This document shows, one piece after another, positions 23,974 to 36,587 of a stretch of DNA of 64,000 nucleotides. The stretch is from Carpediemonas membranifera BICM (taxonomy: Eukaryota > Protista > Fornicata). The DNA lies in NCBI GenBank assembly GCA_019828565.1, contig JAHDYR010000029.1:62001-126000 (forward strand), written 5' to 3'. The notes beneath the pieces were generated by a model. The model searched no databases. It was not told the DNA's origin and saw nothing but the letters and a program-made list of their open reading frames with translations. The position numbers and the translations under genes are program-made. Position 1 is the stretch's first letter; every line of letters begins with the position of its first letter.

Positions 23974-24048
23974 TGTGACATGTTAGAGATGGAACGGAGA
24001 ACTGTTTACATAAAGTGCACTGCAGGTTGTGCAGGATAACCCATCACA
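23974..24048 (-). repeat. 3' LTR of element F (75 bp)
   Basis: Identical to 28611-28685; TGTGA...TCACA termini. Confidence 0.96.
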
Positions 24049-24068
24049 CTTCCCCTCCGGAGGGCGAC

Positions 24069-27000
24069 CTAGCGGCGTCCGCGAGTGCGGAACTTGCGCT
24101 TATAGCGGTCGAACAAAGGGCGCAGGTGCGGGTTGGTCTGGAGGTAATCGTCAAGGGCTGACAGCTGGTCGTAGTAGGCGTTATACGGGATGTAACTGTC
24201 TTCAGAATCTTCGAGGCCCTGCCAATGGATAAGCATTTCGAGGCGGCCAGAGCGTTCGCGATGCCCGACGATGGACTCGACAGGCTGTTCGTCCTGTTCG
24301 AACCCGACCAGGGTCTCAAGGTCCTTGAGCGACGTGTTATGGGCACGTTTGAACGGCACGAGGCGATCGGCATGTACGAGTAGCTCGGCCTTCGTGACCA
24401 GGTCCTGGAGGCGGTAGGTATTGGGGCTCTTCCCTTCCCCCACCATGCGGACAGGGCCGCGAATAGGGGCGAGGATTTTGGATGGAGTCTTCGTGGGGTA
24501 GCGTACGAGGACGAGTTCCTGGTCTTTCCAGGGGAACTCTAGAGTGTTGGCAGAGGAGGCCTTGGACTGCTCGTACGCCTCGATGCGCTGGCGGGCGAGG
24601 TCCTGAACCGCTTTCACGTCGGATTGGAATTTCTTGATTGCGGCTTGGGTTCTCTGGGAGGTGAGGTTGAGGAGTTGAATCGCGTCTTCAAGCTGGTTGT
24701 CCGACAGAGTGGTGAGTCTGGTAGTTGAGCCGAAGAGGATCTCGAACGGCGAAAACCCGGTGGTGGCGTGGGTGGATGAGTTGACGACGTGTTGGACGAA
24801 TGGTATCAGGTCGACCCAGTCGGTTGACTTAGCGTCGATCAGCAGTGCGCGGAGGCGGCGCATGATAGTTCCGTTGGTCCGCTCGACGATGCCGTTGGAC
24901 TGTGGATGGTATGCCGTGCTGAAGCGGTGGTTGAGTGTGAGGTGTCGGTTGAGCTCGGCGATGAAGGCGTTGCGGAACTGAGATCCTTGGTCTGTCTGAA
25001 TCTGCTTGGGCAGTCCGAACTGAGCCCATAGGTGGAGCATGGCAGTTGCGGCTTCCGCGGCTGAAGTGCTCTTGGTAGGATGGAGGAGCACGTATTTCGA
25101 AAATGTATCGATGAAGACGACGATATGGGCGAACCCATCGCAGTTAGGCAGGGGCCCGATCGTGTCGATCTGCACGGACTCGAATGGGGACAGGGTCTGG
25201 GTGGAGTGCCAGGGGTTGAGGTCTTCTTGTGGGCCTTCAGCTTCTGGCAGACTGGGCAGGTGGCCACATAAGTGGCGACGTCGTCGCGCATAGACTTCCA
25301 GGAGTGGCCGGCGGCCTTGAGGTTGCGGATCGTCTGGTCGACCGCGACGTGTGCGAACTTCCCAGCATGCGCCTGGACGATGGTGTCGAGATGGTCGTCC
25401 GTCGTTGACTCGTCCGCGCTGGCGCGGACGGGGGGCCTGGATAGGGCGTCGGCGACGAGGTTTGACGAGCCCGGAATGTGCCGGATCTCGAACGGGTATT
25501 CTGAGAGGATTAGGCGCCACCTTGTCAGCTTCCGGGTGCCCTCCTCTGATTTCATCAACAGCCAGACCAAGTTCCGGTGGTCTGTTGAGATTGAGAATGG
25601 CTTGAGCTTGAGCAGGCTACTGAACTCGGGGCGGGTGACACAGAAGACGATTGCGTACAGCTCCTGCTCGACAGTAGCCCATCGGCGTTGGGTGTCCGTG
25701 AAGGTTTTGGAGAAGAAGGCGAGAGGACGTTTGGTGCCGTCCTTATGCTGCCAGAGGACGCCGCCCAAGGCGATCGTGGAGGCGTCCGTCTCGAGGGTCC
25801 ATGTGGCGTTGAGGTCCGGGAGGGCCAGGGCCTCGTGGCTGGTGGACAGTTCCTTCATACGGGCGAAGGCCCTGTCATGCTGCTCAGTCCAAGGAAGCTT
25901 GTCGCTGCCCTTGGGTGACCCTTTCAGGAGGTCGTTCAGCGGGCCGGTGGATTCGGCAGCTGCGGCGGCGAGAGTGGGGATGTAGGCGGCAAGGTGGTTG
26001 AACTTCCCCATGGTCCGGCGGAGTTCTGTGACGGTCGTCGGGGGCTGCAGGTTAAGGATGGCGTCCACGCGGGACTGGGCGATGGAGCGGCCACGCGCGT
26101 CGATCACGAACCCGCATACTTCGACCTGGTTAGCGCCGATCACGCACTTGTCCGCGCGAAGACGCAGGTTACAGTCGTCGAGGCGTTCGAGGGTCGTTCT
26201 GAGAGTTGAAAGGAAGTCGTCTTGACTGCGGGCGAAGAGGAAGATGTCGTCTATGTAGACTCTGACACCGGGGATGCCCTCCAAAAGCGACTCCATGGCC
26301 CTTTGGAACTTCGCGGGGGCGTTAGTGAGGCCAAAGGGTACGCGCAAAAACTCATAGTGGTGATCTGGGACCGAGAAGGCGGTCAGGGGGATCGAGGCGG
26401 GGTCGACCCGTTGTTGCCAGTATGAGGTGCGGAGATCAAGGCTCGCGAAATAAGAGCATCCGCTGGCCTCGTGTGGGAGCTCGCGAAGGTCCGGGAGGGG
26501 AAATGCGTCCGGAACGGTCACGTCGTTCAGTGCGTTGTAGGCTACACAGAACCGGGGGTCTCCATTTTTCTTGGTTGCCATGGTGTGGGGGGACGCATAC
26601 GAGGATTTCGAGTCCCGGATGATGCCTAGACGGCGCATCTTCTCGATCTCGGCTTGTGCAGCCGAGCCGGGGGTCCCAACAAGGGGGCGGGGCCTGCACT
26701 TGATCGGCGTCGAAGACGTGAGTTCGATCACATGCGGCTCCAGGTCGCTTCCTTCCGGGTGTAGCGTCGCGTTGAACAGGCGAGGTCGTTCTGCCACTAT
26801 AGCACGGACCAGAGATTGGAACTCGGGCCCGTGGTCGTCTGGCACCGTAACGGAGAGGTACTCGTCGTCTGTCGACACCTCCACCAGGTCGGCGTCCAAC
26901 ATGTGGTGGTCCTCAAGGTCGTCTGGATCGCCCATTGAGGCGGGCATGATGACCAGGCGGTCGTTGGCGATGTACCCAAGGTGGGCAAGAAGGTCCTTAC

Positions 27001-28618
27001 CAACGAGGACTCGTCCGCTGTCACCCTTGATGACGTGGAGGGGCCAGACGGTCGTAACAGGGCGTCCGTCTACGCTAGGGAGCGTGATGGCGGCGACAGC
27101 GCGCTTACCAGTGGAGATGGTCTTGTTCTCGGCAGATGTGATCACAAGGCTCGAGTCTTCGGTTGAAAGAGCAAGCTCTTCGGCCTTGGCTGCAGAGATG
27201 GTGCAAACATCGGCTCCCGTATCAAGTTTCCCGTTACAAGGAGTTCCATCGATGTTCACCGTGGTGTTGATCGGAACAGAGGTGGTGTGAACCTCATCGG
27301 CAGAAGCTGCCTTCTTCTGGAGGTATATGCAGTTTTCTGTCGTGTGTGTGGAGTTGTAGCCGTGGTGCTTGCAGAAGTTGGAGAACCGCTCGGGGATTCG
27401 GAACTTCTTGCGGTCCTTAAACTGCGCGTAGCGGTCGCCGGAATCGAGCAGCCGGGGCTCCGGGAGGTCGTTGGCGTCGCTGCGGTCCTGGCTGTCCTCT
27501 CGGGCGGATGTCTCGGGCTTCTGCGGAGTGTCGGGCCGGCCATCGCGAGCGTGACGTGGCTTCTTGGGAGGCTTCGAAGGTGTCGAAGCCTCCTTGAACG
27601 CGCGCCAGGGTATCACGACGTTGCCCTCGTGGTCCACGGCGAGATCGCGGAGGGCTGCGATGCATTCGGCGGTGTTGCGGCGCTGGCCGTCAGCATCCGT
27701 CTCGACCAGGGCTTTGTACAGTGTCTTTGCGGCGCTGGTGTATCCTTCGAGGGCGAAACCAGCAACGATGTCACGCGTGGTGCTCTCGGGGAGGCGTGCG
27801 TAGTTGGTTGCGTCGACGTCCGGGTTGAAGGCGTTGAGGAGGTTCTCGACCTTGCTGAGCGCGAGCCTGTGCTGCGCCGAGGGGCCGAATAGAGTGGGGT
27901 GGGACGAGCTTGCAAGGGCAGCAAGCCGGGTGCCCCTGTCCGTGGAAGGCATCAGGGCTAAGTATAGGTGAGGGAGAATGGTCTCGGCCTCAGCAGCGAG
28001 GCGTTGGCGGAGGCTGGAGGTGTCTGCCACAGGGACCGAGGAGGGCAGACCCTCGTTCGCCGAACTAACGAAGTCCGCGCTGCGCGAGGGCTCGTCATCG
28101 AGCGGGTTGGCCAGGCAGGTGTAGGTCAGGAGGGAGATGGGTTGGCCTGGATCGGCCCGGAGGAGGGATGCGGTGTCCTGTAGCTCTTCCATAGTGTCGT
28201 CGAACAGGGCTTGGGCCCTGCGGAACGCAGGCTTCGTAAGGCTCGAGCCCTTGTACCGCGCCTCGGCGGCCGCGCAGAGGAGGAATAGGTCATCCTCCAG
28301 AAGGGCCTTGATCGCCCGGAGGCGCTTCGAGATGAGGTGGGAACGCGGGGAGAATGCCGGTTCCCCTGCATCGCGTTTGCTTCCCTCGGTGTCGCTAATG
28401 AGGGATTTGGTGAGCTCTTCGAACGTCGGGAACGCTTCCGAATGGCGCCATGAAGCCTTAATGAGTTCAAGGCTCTTGGCCGTGAGGCAGTTGAAGAACG
28501 AGCGCGGATGCTTCACGTTCAGGACCTCACGGGCCCACTTTTCGTGAGCGGCGTGGAGCGTCTTGGCGTCTGAAACGCTCTGGATAGTGTGAGCATCAGA
28601 ATATCGATATTGTGACAT
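24069..28618 (-). CDS. Gag-Pol of element F (single frameshift near 25215)
   Basis: CKHHGYNSTHTTENC knuckle, KLDTGAD, VYIDDIF, LETDAS, QIDTIGP, GIVERTN, chromodomain. Confidence 0.93.
28600..28611. other. 12-bp palindrome AATATCGATATT at the PBS position of element F
   Basis: Directly abuts the 5' LTR; no TGG PBS. Confidence 0.92.
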
Positions 28619-28685
28619 GTTAGAGATGGAACGGAGAACTGTTTACATAAAGTGCACTGCAGGTTGTGCAGGATAACCCATCACA
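28611..28685 (-). repeat. 5' LTR of element F (75 bp)
   Basis: Identical to 23974-24048; contains the in-frame gag ATG. Confidence 0.96.
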
Positions 28686-31127
28686 TAGAGCCGTTCAGCC
28701 ACGGCACCCTCTCGTCTGTCCGGTTCCCCAATTCCATGCCCCCTCGACTCTGTTAAGAAGCCTACCCGAAGGCGGGGAAAGTGACTAAGTCCATGCTGTC
28801 TACCCCGGTTAGGTGGCGTGGGTCAGGGCATGGGTGGTGTACCCCCAGGCACTAGGCCTGGTTGTCCTGTTACCCCTTACAACATTTCGCTTGCACTACA
28901 TGTCCTTGGTTTCCCATGTCGTTAACAAGGGCGGCAGGGGCACCTGTGCCCCTCCGACCCCCGTGGCCAGTCCCTGCAGTTTCCTTGGGGTCCCAACGAG
29001 TGGTGCAACCATATGAATATGGATTTCCTTGACCTTATCCTTGCTCTGTCCTTGTTGCATGTCCTTTCTTTCTTATTTCTGGTCTGTCCTTCCTGTTATT
29101 TCCTTGCAGTCGTTCCTTCCCTTGCTTTGGTTCCTGGCTACCGGGATACGTGGGGCCTTTCCTCACTGATCCCAGGAGCTTAGCACCAGCGAGGGTGGTC
29201 CATGGCTGATTCCTTGTCCATCCCTTCCCGGTCCTGGAGTCAGGGGTTCATGACATGCTTCTATTCCACCTTGAAGCTGTTGTAAACCTTTGCCAGTTCC
29301 CGTAGTCCTGCCGTGAGGCCTTCCCAAATGTCCTCCGAGCCCCATATTATTAGTTGCTGTAATTCTAGGATGGGTCTTTCCTGGTACCATTCGCCCTGGG
29401 GGCCCTGCCTTACTTCCAAGTCCTTAGTTTTGTGCTTCGCTGCTGTCCACAGCTTTGTCCAAGCTTCTCCCCTGTCTACTGCCGGGCATTCACAGATTAT
29501 GTGCGCTGCCGATCCTAGCCTCTGGCCCTCTGCCCACTCCCTGATCATTTCCTGCTTCCTTGCTGGTCCTGGCTTTTCCCTAATGATCCTGTAGAACAGG
29601 CTCACCTCCGACTCCTCCGAGCATAGGGGGCATAGTCTGCTAATTTCTCTCTTCAGGTCAGCGCCTTGGGCCAGCTCTGTGATGGCTCTCATAGGGCCCT
29701 CCCCTCTCTCTGCCGAGCAAGGAAGCAGGAAATGATCAGGGAGTGGGCAGAGGGCCAGAGGCTAGGATCGGCAGCGCACATAATCTGTGAATGCCCGGCA
29801 GTAGACAGGGGAGAAGCTTGGACAAAGCTGTGGACAGCAGCGAAGCACAAAACTAAGGACTTGGAAGTAAGGCAGGGCCCCCAGGGCGAATGGTACCAGG
29901 AAAGACCCATCCTAGAATTACAGCAACTAATAATATGGGGCTCGGAGGACATTTGGGAAGGCCTCACGGCAGGACTACGGGAACTGGCAAAGGTTTACAA
30001 CAGCTTCAAGGTGGAATAGAAGCATGTCATGAACCCCTGACTCCAGGACCGGGAAGGGATGGACAAGGAATCAGCTATGGACCACCCTCGCTGGTGCTAA
30101 GCTCCTGGGATCAGTGAGGAAAGGCCCCACGTATCCCGGCAGCCAGGAACCAAAGCAAGGGAAGGAACGACTGCAAGGAAATAACAGGAAGGACAGACCA
30201 GAAATAAGAAAGAAAGGACATGCAACAAGGACAGAGCAAGGATAAGGTCAAGGAAATCCATATTCATATGGTTGCACCACTCGTTGGGACCCCAAGGAAA
30301 CTGCAGGGACTGGCCACGGGGGTCGGAGGGGCACAGGTGCCCCTGCCGCCCTTGTTAACGACATGGGAAACCAAGGACATGTAGTGCAAGCGAAATGTTG
30401 TAAGGGGTAACAGGACAACCAGGCCTAGTGCCTGGGGGTACACCACCCATGCCCTGACCCACGCCACCTAACCGGGGTAGACAGCATGGACTTAGTCACT
30501 TTCCCCGCCTTCGGGTAGGCTTCTTAACAGAGTCGAGGGGGCATGGAATTGGGGAACCGGACAGACGAGAGGGTGCCGTGGCTGAACGGCTCTACAAGGA
30601 CTGCAGGGAAGCAAGGAGTGTCATAGTCAAGGTTCTGCAGGACGATCCTGCCTGTCAATGCCCCGAGGACAGACCCCCAGGCTCCCCGGATAGTTGCCGG
30701 ACTTTCAGGGAGACAGGAAAGCATATTTGCACGGAGATGGCCGCAGGGCCTCTGGGGCGATTGGAATCGGCTTTCCGCGGAGACAGTAGCACCGAAAGCC
30801 CAAGGCAAACGCTGCTGACCAGTTTGCCACGGGAAATAGGCAGTACCCCGGGGCACTCAGCTCCAAGACAACGGGAAACAAGCTCAGTCCGGGGTCAGAA
30901 TCCAAGCACCATAAATTTCTTTCTTTTCTTTCTTACCTGGTGACCTTCCATTCTTCGGGCAGGGTACTTAGGAGGGGGACGATATGACGTGACCCCCCCT
31001 TTGGCTGCCGCTACAGCCTACCGGCAGTGCATTTCAGCTAATGCCGGGCCCTGGGTGGGAGCCAGGGCTTGTGAATTATAAAGAAAATGTTGCTTGTTCC
31101 TTGAAAGAATACTGCTTTACCATGTCC

Positions 31128-32078
31128 TTACTCCTCCTCCGTGGACTCCCCACTGCCGCTGCAGCTGTCCTCGGCCTGACTCACTTGCTGTCCTTGTAGA
31201 CTCTGCATTACCGTGATGAACTGGGTCATCAGGTCCATGGGTGAGATCTGCTTGGCCTTCTTAGCCTTCTTGTGCTTGTGCCGGGGGATCGTGGGCTTCT
31301 CCTTGCTGGGCTTAGTCGCGACGCCGGAGAGCACCAACCTTCCGTGGCCTTGCTCTTGCATGAGTCGGGCAGCCTTGAGCGCTGAGATCTCTTGTTGCGC
31401 CTCTGCCAACTGCTTTCGGAGCCGCAGCTTCTCCGAGTCCATGCCGGTTGCCTGTCTGCTTCCAGACTCCCAGTCCATGTCCTCTTCGTGCCTGCTTCTC
31501 TTTCCGCTGTCCGAGTCCATGATCCTACTCGTGCTGCCCTCCTTGCGCTTGAGCGTCGTGGAGGAAGAGTGATCCTTGCTGTTGTCCATGCCTCCCTCTG
31601 AGCCTCTACCGGCCCCGGTGTTCCCGCTGAACGAGCCTCTCATCTGCGTTCCCGTGTTGTCCTGTCTCTCCCTGTCGTCTCCTCCGTGGTTACGATCCGA
31701 GGTCCTGTTCATGTTACCAGCTCTGTCGCCGGTTCTGTCGTCAGCTCTGACACCAGCTCTACCGCCGGCTCCGTGTCCTACCCTTCTGTCCTCTTCCCTG
31801 TCTCCATGCTGGTCGTGATGTCCTTGATCCGCGTCCTGGCCGAAGTGCCTGCCCACCATCCTGGTGCTAATCCGCCTCGCCTTTTCCTCCAGGCCGTTGT
31901 CGAAGAACCTACTTTGGTATGGCTGTTCGGACTTTCCGTCGATGGTGGGGACATACGTGATGCCTGGGACATTGACTGTGTTGGCTCTGGGCTCGTCCGG
32001 GATAGCTGCCGAGACTAGTCTGGCCCCTTCCTTGCGCATGCGGCTTAGGATGGTCCCAGCCTCGCTGACCCTGACCAT
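31128..32078 (-). CDS. Element X downstream ORF, inverted copy (316 aa)
   Basis: Copy of 22486-23437. Confidence 0.6.
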   Translation of the reverse strand: MVRVSEAGTILSRMRKEGARLVSAAIPDEPRANTVNVPGITYVPTIDGKSEQPYQSRFFDNGLEEKARRISTRMVGRHFGQDADQGHHDQHGDREEDRRVGHGAGGRAGVRADDRTGDRAGNMNRTSDRNHGGDDRERQDNTGTQMRGSFSGNTGAGRGSEGGMDNSKDHSSSTTLKRKEGSTSRIMDSDSGKRSRHEEDMDWESGSRQATGMDSEKLRLRKQLAEAQQEISALKAARLMQEQGHGRLVLSGVATKPSKEKPTIPRHKHKKAKKAKQISPMDLMTQFITVMQSLQGQQVSQAEDSCSGSGESTEEE

Positions 32079-32118
32079 GCCCCAGTCTCTCGGGATGAAG
32101 CTCGCCCCTAGGGTGATC

Positions 32119-34634
32119 CTACCCCTGTTCCTGGGGGGCCTTGACGTTGACTATGACCTTCTCATAGTCCCTGAGGCTCTCTGCTAGGTCGTCGCAGCCC
32201 CAGACTCCTTGATGAGCCGTAGCCTCCTTCGAGGGCCACCACTCGTATAGCATGGCCATGGTTATGATGTCCTCCTCCCTTGCTGCCCCTAGGCCCTTCC
32301 TGACGCGTACCATGCGGAGCTGGTTAGCCGTGGCTCTTTCCATGATGGTCCATAGCGGGCTTCTCTCCAGTACACCTTCGTTGTCCATGATTGTGAGGGG
32401 GGCCAGTAAGATGCCCTTCATGCCCAACAGAACCTCCCCGAACCCGAAGCCGATGCCGAAGCGGTGTCCGTTGTCCGGGACTACGAGGATCCTGTCGCCG
32501 ACTTCCCTGCTGACGTCCCTTGCGTCCCCGATCGGGTACGTGCCGAAGATCTCAAAGGTGTCCCTCCTTGTCGCGAATTCCGGGCCTCCCATGATATCCA
32601 TGCCCGGCTCCGCCTTCCCGACTGCTTCCCATGGTCTTGTCGAGTGCCTTACCCATGTAGTGGTAGACGTCTGGGGTGCTCATCCTCTCCTTGCATAGGG
32701 CCCTGATCCTGGCTGTGAAGACTACTGTATCCGCCAACCCACAGTGGTAGCAACCCGCGGTGTGTCTGTGGTACGGACAGACTCCCTTGGGCTCGCTCCT
32801 GTTCTGCCATCCATTTGACCATGTTGTTACTGCTTCCAGGTAGTTGGCCTTGTCGAGGTTGTCCCTGAGGTTTTGGCCAGCCTCCTCCCTTGCCGTTGTT
32901 CTCCAGGATCTCTGGTAGCTTCTTCTCGTCCACCAGCCTAGCTTGGAAGAATTCCCTGGTTCCTTGCTCCAGTCCATTTGTGGGGTTCGTGAGGAGGAAG
33001 CTTTCCATCTCCACCCCCTTTGCATACATGATTATCTTCCAACCCTCCGACCTTTCGATCCTTGCCAGCTGAGCCGCCAGGCGGTTGGCCCAGTCCCTGA
33101 AAGTATGTATGTGCTTCTCATACTCGATCGGCGGCCGCCCCGTCCCGACCTCCACGAAGGTGGCCGGCGGCAGCCCTCGTCACTGCCCATGCCGTGTACC
33201 TCGCTTGGTCCATGCTTGCTGCCGGTATGTCCTGGTAATACAGGCCATGCCCGTGTCCAAGAATGTCCCCAGTGCTGAGGTCAAAGAGTACGATCCCGCC
33301 CTCAACCGGGATGGCAGGGATCCCTGCCTTCTTGACGCCAGGGTCTGCGCACTCGAAGTCGATGGCTCCGATCACCAGTCGTTTCTCCTTGTCCTTTCTA
33401 GGCATCCTCGGCGGCTGGCTGCTGACCTTGTTTGAGTCGACCTCCTCGTCCTGGTCGATCTTGCCTTGGTTGGCCCCGACCATGTCCTTGTTCACTTCCA
33501 GGAGGCTGTCGTCGAGGCTTCTTCTGCCGGGCATGGTGGCCTGCTGGCGTCGTTCCTCCTTGTCCTTGACATGTTGCTCCTCGTCTCCGTCGATGACCGT
33601 GCTAGCGGACGACCTGTCCAGATCGGCATGTTCGTCCCTATTGCTGCGGACCGAGGTGGCCTTGAGCACTTCCAGCCTCACCTTCCGGAACGGCGGCTCG
33701 TTGCTAAGGGGGTCTCCTCCCCTTCGCCCAGGATATTGGTTCTGCCCTTCAGGTAGATCCCTGACTTGTTCCATGCTGCCTGCCATATGGCCGGGGCCTC
33801 CGGTGCCTGAAGCCTGAGGATGTCCCTAGCCTCCTCCATGAAGCGGCTGATGGACCATGCTGACGTGTCGCTTAGCTCTAGGATGACCCTGTACTTGCCG
33901 TCCTCTTGCTCGTAGGCCACTCTGGTGACCGGGCCTTGGTTTGCCGGATCCCATACCTTGTCGTAAGGCACGCCTTCTACGGCCTCGTCTCCATGAGCCC
34001 CTGATACCAGTATGAACGACCCTTCGGCCTTCTTGACGCTGTCCCTGTCTACATCCCATTCGATGGGCCCATCTTCCTTCGGCTTGAGGATCGCCGTCTC
34101 GATGTCCTTCTCAGATGGCCATCTTGCCATGCCAGTGAAGCCCGCTTTCAGCGTCTTGGGCTCCAGTGCCTGTGCCATGTCCTTTGCTTCCTCGTCTCTG
34201 GGGTTGAGCGCCTCTGTGAGCATGTAGAAAAGGTCGCGGAGGCCGTGGATGCCGCATGGGTTCCTGAGGATGATGTCCTTGTTGTCAGTGACGCCGGTTG
34301 CGAAGAGGATGCGTCTGGCGTTCATGATTACTTCCTTGCGTCCTTTGGAGTTCGCATTGAGCGACTTTCCTGTAAACTTGCCTGTTCTACGAAGAAGTAG
34401 AGTCCTTGAATCGTTCCTTTCAGCGAGGAAGCTGTCCAGTAGTTCCCTGATGTCCTCCCACTGCTTCTGCGTGGAATCCCTGATCCTTGTCGGTATTTCT
34501 ACCTGCATTGTTGAGTGCAAAATTTCTCCCCTTTTCCTAGTCCATAAACTGGGTCGGAATTTTTGGGTCCGAAAGTCGGGCCACATGTACATATCCGGGT
34601 GAGGTCTCCGTCCAGGCCTTCCAGTTTCTCCCAT
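32119..34634 (-). pseudogene. Element X ORF1, inverted copy with several single-base indels
   Basis: Fragments match the translation of 19933-22445. Confidence 0.75.
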
Positions 34635-35119
34635 TGTCCATGCTCCGTACTATATAGGCCATTCTTTCAAAAAGGCGCGGTCCTAAAAATGCGTCGCCCT
34701 TTTCTGAGTAGCGGGGCCTTTCTGTGTAGTTGTTGTTGCTTTGTTCGTAGTCTCCTTTTAGCCTCTATCGACGGCCCCTGTTTCCCTTTTGTGCTGCCCT
34801 TCCTTCCTTGTGGTCTTGACAAAACCATGTAGCCGCCGGTGCTAGCACTGGCCCTCGACGGTTGTTTTCCTTTTCCTTGTAAACATACGTTCCATGAAGA
34901 CACTTTGATTCCTTGGTATGGGCGTGGAGCTCCCACTCGCGCCCAGCGGTATGCCCTGATAGCAACCCTTGAATGTTCAGACAGGAGGCCAAGGCCGCTC
35001 CTTCTGAGCTCCATGGGGCACTGCCCTATCCATATAGGCCAGGCCTGTTGGTCCTTGTCCATCCATGATCGAAGTGTTTCCACTTTGCTGAAATCATTGG
35101 TGAACTGGAAGGTCACCAG

Positions 35120-35692
35120 GTGGTAACATGTCTGCAAGGTAAGCCTACGGTAGACCGAAAGGCTGGGAAGGGGCAAAGCAGGGCGGAATGGAAGAGAATT
35201 GTATCCATTGCAGCCAATGTCAGCCCATCCCCATCGTCGGCAGAGAGAGGGGAGGGCCCTATGAGAGCCATCACAGAGCTGGCCCAAGGCGCTGACCTGA
35301 AGAGAGAAATTAGCAGACTATGCCCCCTATGCTCGGAGGAGTCGGAGGTGAGCCTGTTCTACAGGATCATTAGGGAAAAGCCAGGACCAGCAAGGAAGCA
35401 GGAAATGATCAGGGAGTGGGCAGAGGGCCAGAGGCTAGGATCGGCAGCGCACATAATCTGTGAATGCCCGGCAGTAGACAGGGGAGAAGCTTGGACAAAG
35501 CTGTGGACAGCAGCGAAGCACAAAACTAAGGACTTGGAAGTAAGGCAGGGCCCCCAGGGCGAATGGTACCAGGAAAGACCCATCCTAGAATTACAGCAAC
35601 TAATAATATGGGGCTCGGAGGACATTTGGGAAGGCCTCACGGCAGGACTACGGGAACTGGCAAAGGTTTACAACAGCTTCAAGGTGGAATAG
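35120..35692 (+). CDS. Element X zinc-finger ORF (CxxC...HxxxxC), like the C-terminal zinc finger of non-LTR ORF2
   Basis: LCPLCSEESE...AHIICECPAV. In the reconstructed element an in-frame ATG at 23613 gives MEGHQVVTCL. Partial copies at 29261-29716 and 29716-30019. Confidence 0.6.
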   Translation: MVTCLQGKPTVDRKAGKGQSRAEWKRIVSIAANVSPSPSSAERGEGPMRAITELAQGADLKREISRLCPLCSEESEVSLFYRIIREKPGPARKQEMIREWAEGQRLGSAAHIICECPAVDRGEAWTKLWTAAKHKTKDLEVRQGPQGEWYQERPILELQQLIIWGSEDIWEGLTAGLRELAKVYNSFKVE

Positions 35693-36587
35693 AAGCATGT
35701 CATGAACCCCTGACTCCAGGACCGGGAAGGGATGGACAAGGAATCAGCCATGGACCACCCTCGCTGGTGCTAAGCTCCTGGGATCAGTGAGGAAAGGCCC
35801 CACGTATCCCGGTAGCCAGGAACCAAAGCAAGGGAAGGAACGACTGCAAGGAAATAACAGGAAGGACAGACCAGAAATAAGAAAGAAAGGACATGCAACA
35901 AGGACAGAGCAAGGATAAGGTCAAGGAAATCCATATTCATATGGTTGCACCACTCGTTGGGACCCCAAGGAAACTGCAGGGACTGGCCACGGGGGTCGGA
36001 GGGGCACAGGTGCCCCTGCCGCCCTTGTTAACGACATGGGAAACCAAGGACATGTAGTGCAAGCGAAATGTTGTAAGGGGTAACAGGACAACCAGGCCTA
36101 GTGCCTGGGGGTACACCACCCATGCCCTGACCCACGCCACCTAACCGGGGTAGACAGCATGGACTTAGTCACTTTCCCCGCCTTCGGGTAGGCTTCTTAA
36201 CAGAGTCGAGGGGGCATGGAATTGGGGAACCGGACAGACGAGAGGGTGCCGTGGCTGAACGGCTCTACAAGGACTGCAGGGAAGCAAGGAGTGTCATAGT
36301 CAAGGTTCTGCAGGACGATCCTGCCTGTCAATGCCCCGAGGACAGACCCCCAGGCTCCCCGGATAGTTGCCGGACTTTCAGGGAGACAGGAAAGCATATT
36401 TGCACGGAGATGGCCGCAGGGCCTCTGGGGCGATTGGAATCGGCTTTCCGCGGAGACAGTAGCACCGAAAGCCCAAGGCAAACGCTGCTGACCAGTTTGC
36501 CACGGGAAATAGGCAGTACCCCGGGGCACTCAGCTCCAAGACAACGGGAAACAAGCTCAGTCCGGGGTCAGAATCCAAGCACCATAA

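Larger units (their letters stand above)
23974..28685 (-). mobile_element. Full-length Ty3/gypsy chromovirus-like LTR retrotransposon F
   Basis: Identical 75-bp LTRs, 4-bp TSD TAGA (empty site visible at about 30590 and 36263), PPT GGAGGGGAAG, gag-PR-RT-RH-IN-chromodomain. Confidence 0.97.
23630..29716 (-). mobile_element. Inverted 3' portion of element X (zinc-finger ORF, 3' region, tail), interrupted by LTR element F
   Basis: Reverse complement of about 35236-36600; rejoins seamlessly across the TAGA TSD. Confidence 0.9.
29716..35108. repeat. Right arm (5.39 kb) of an inverted duplication of 19457-29564
   Basis: Near-identical reverse complement lacking element F; 151-bp spacer at 29565-29715. 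Confidence 0.95.
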
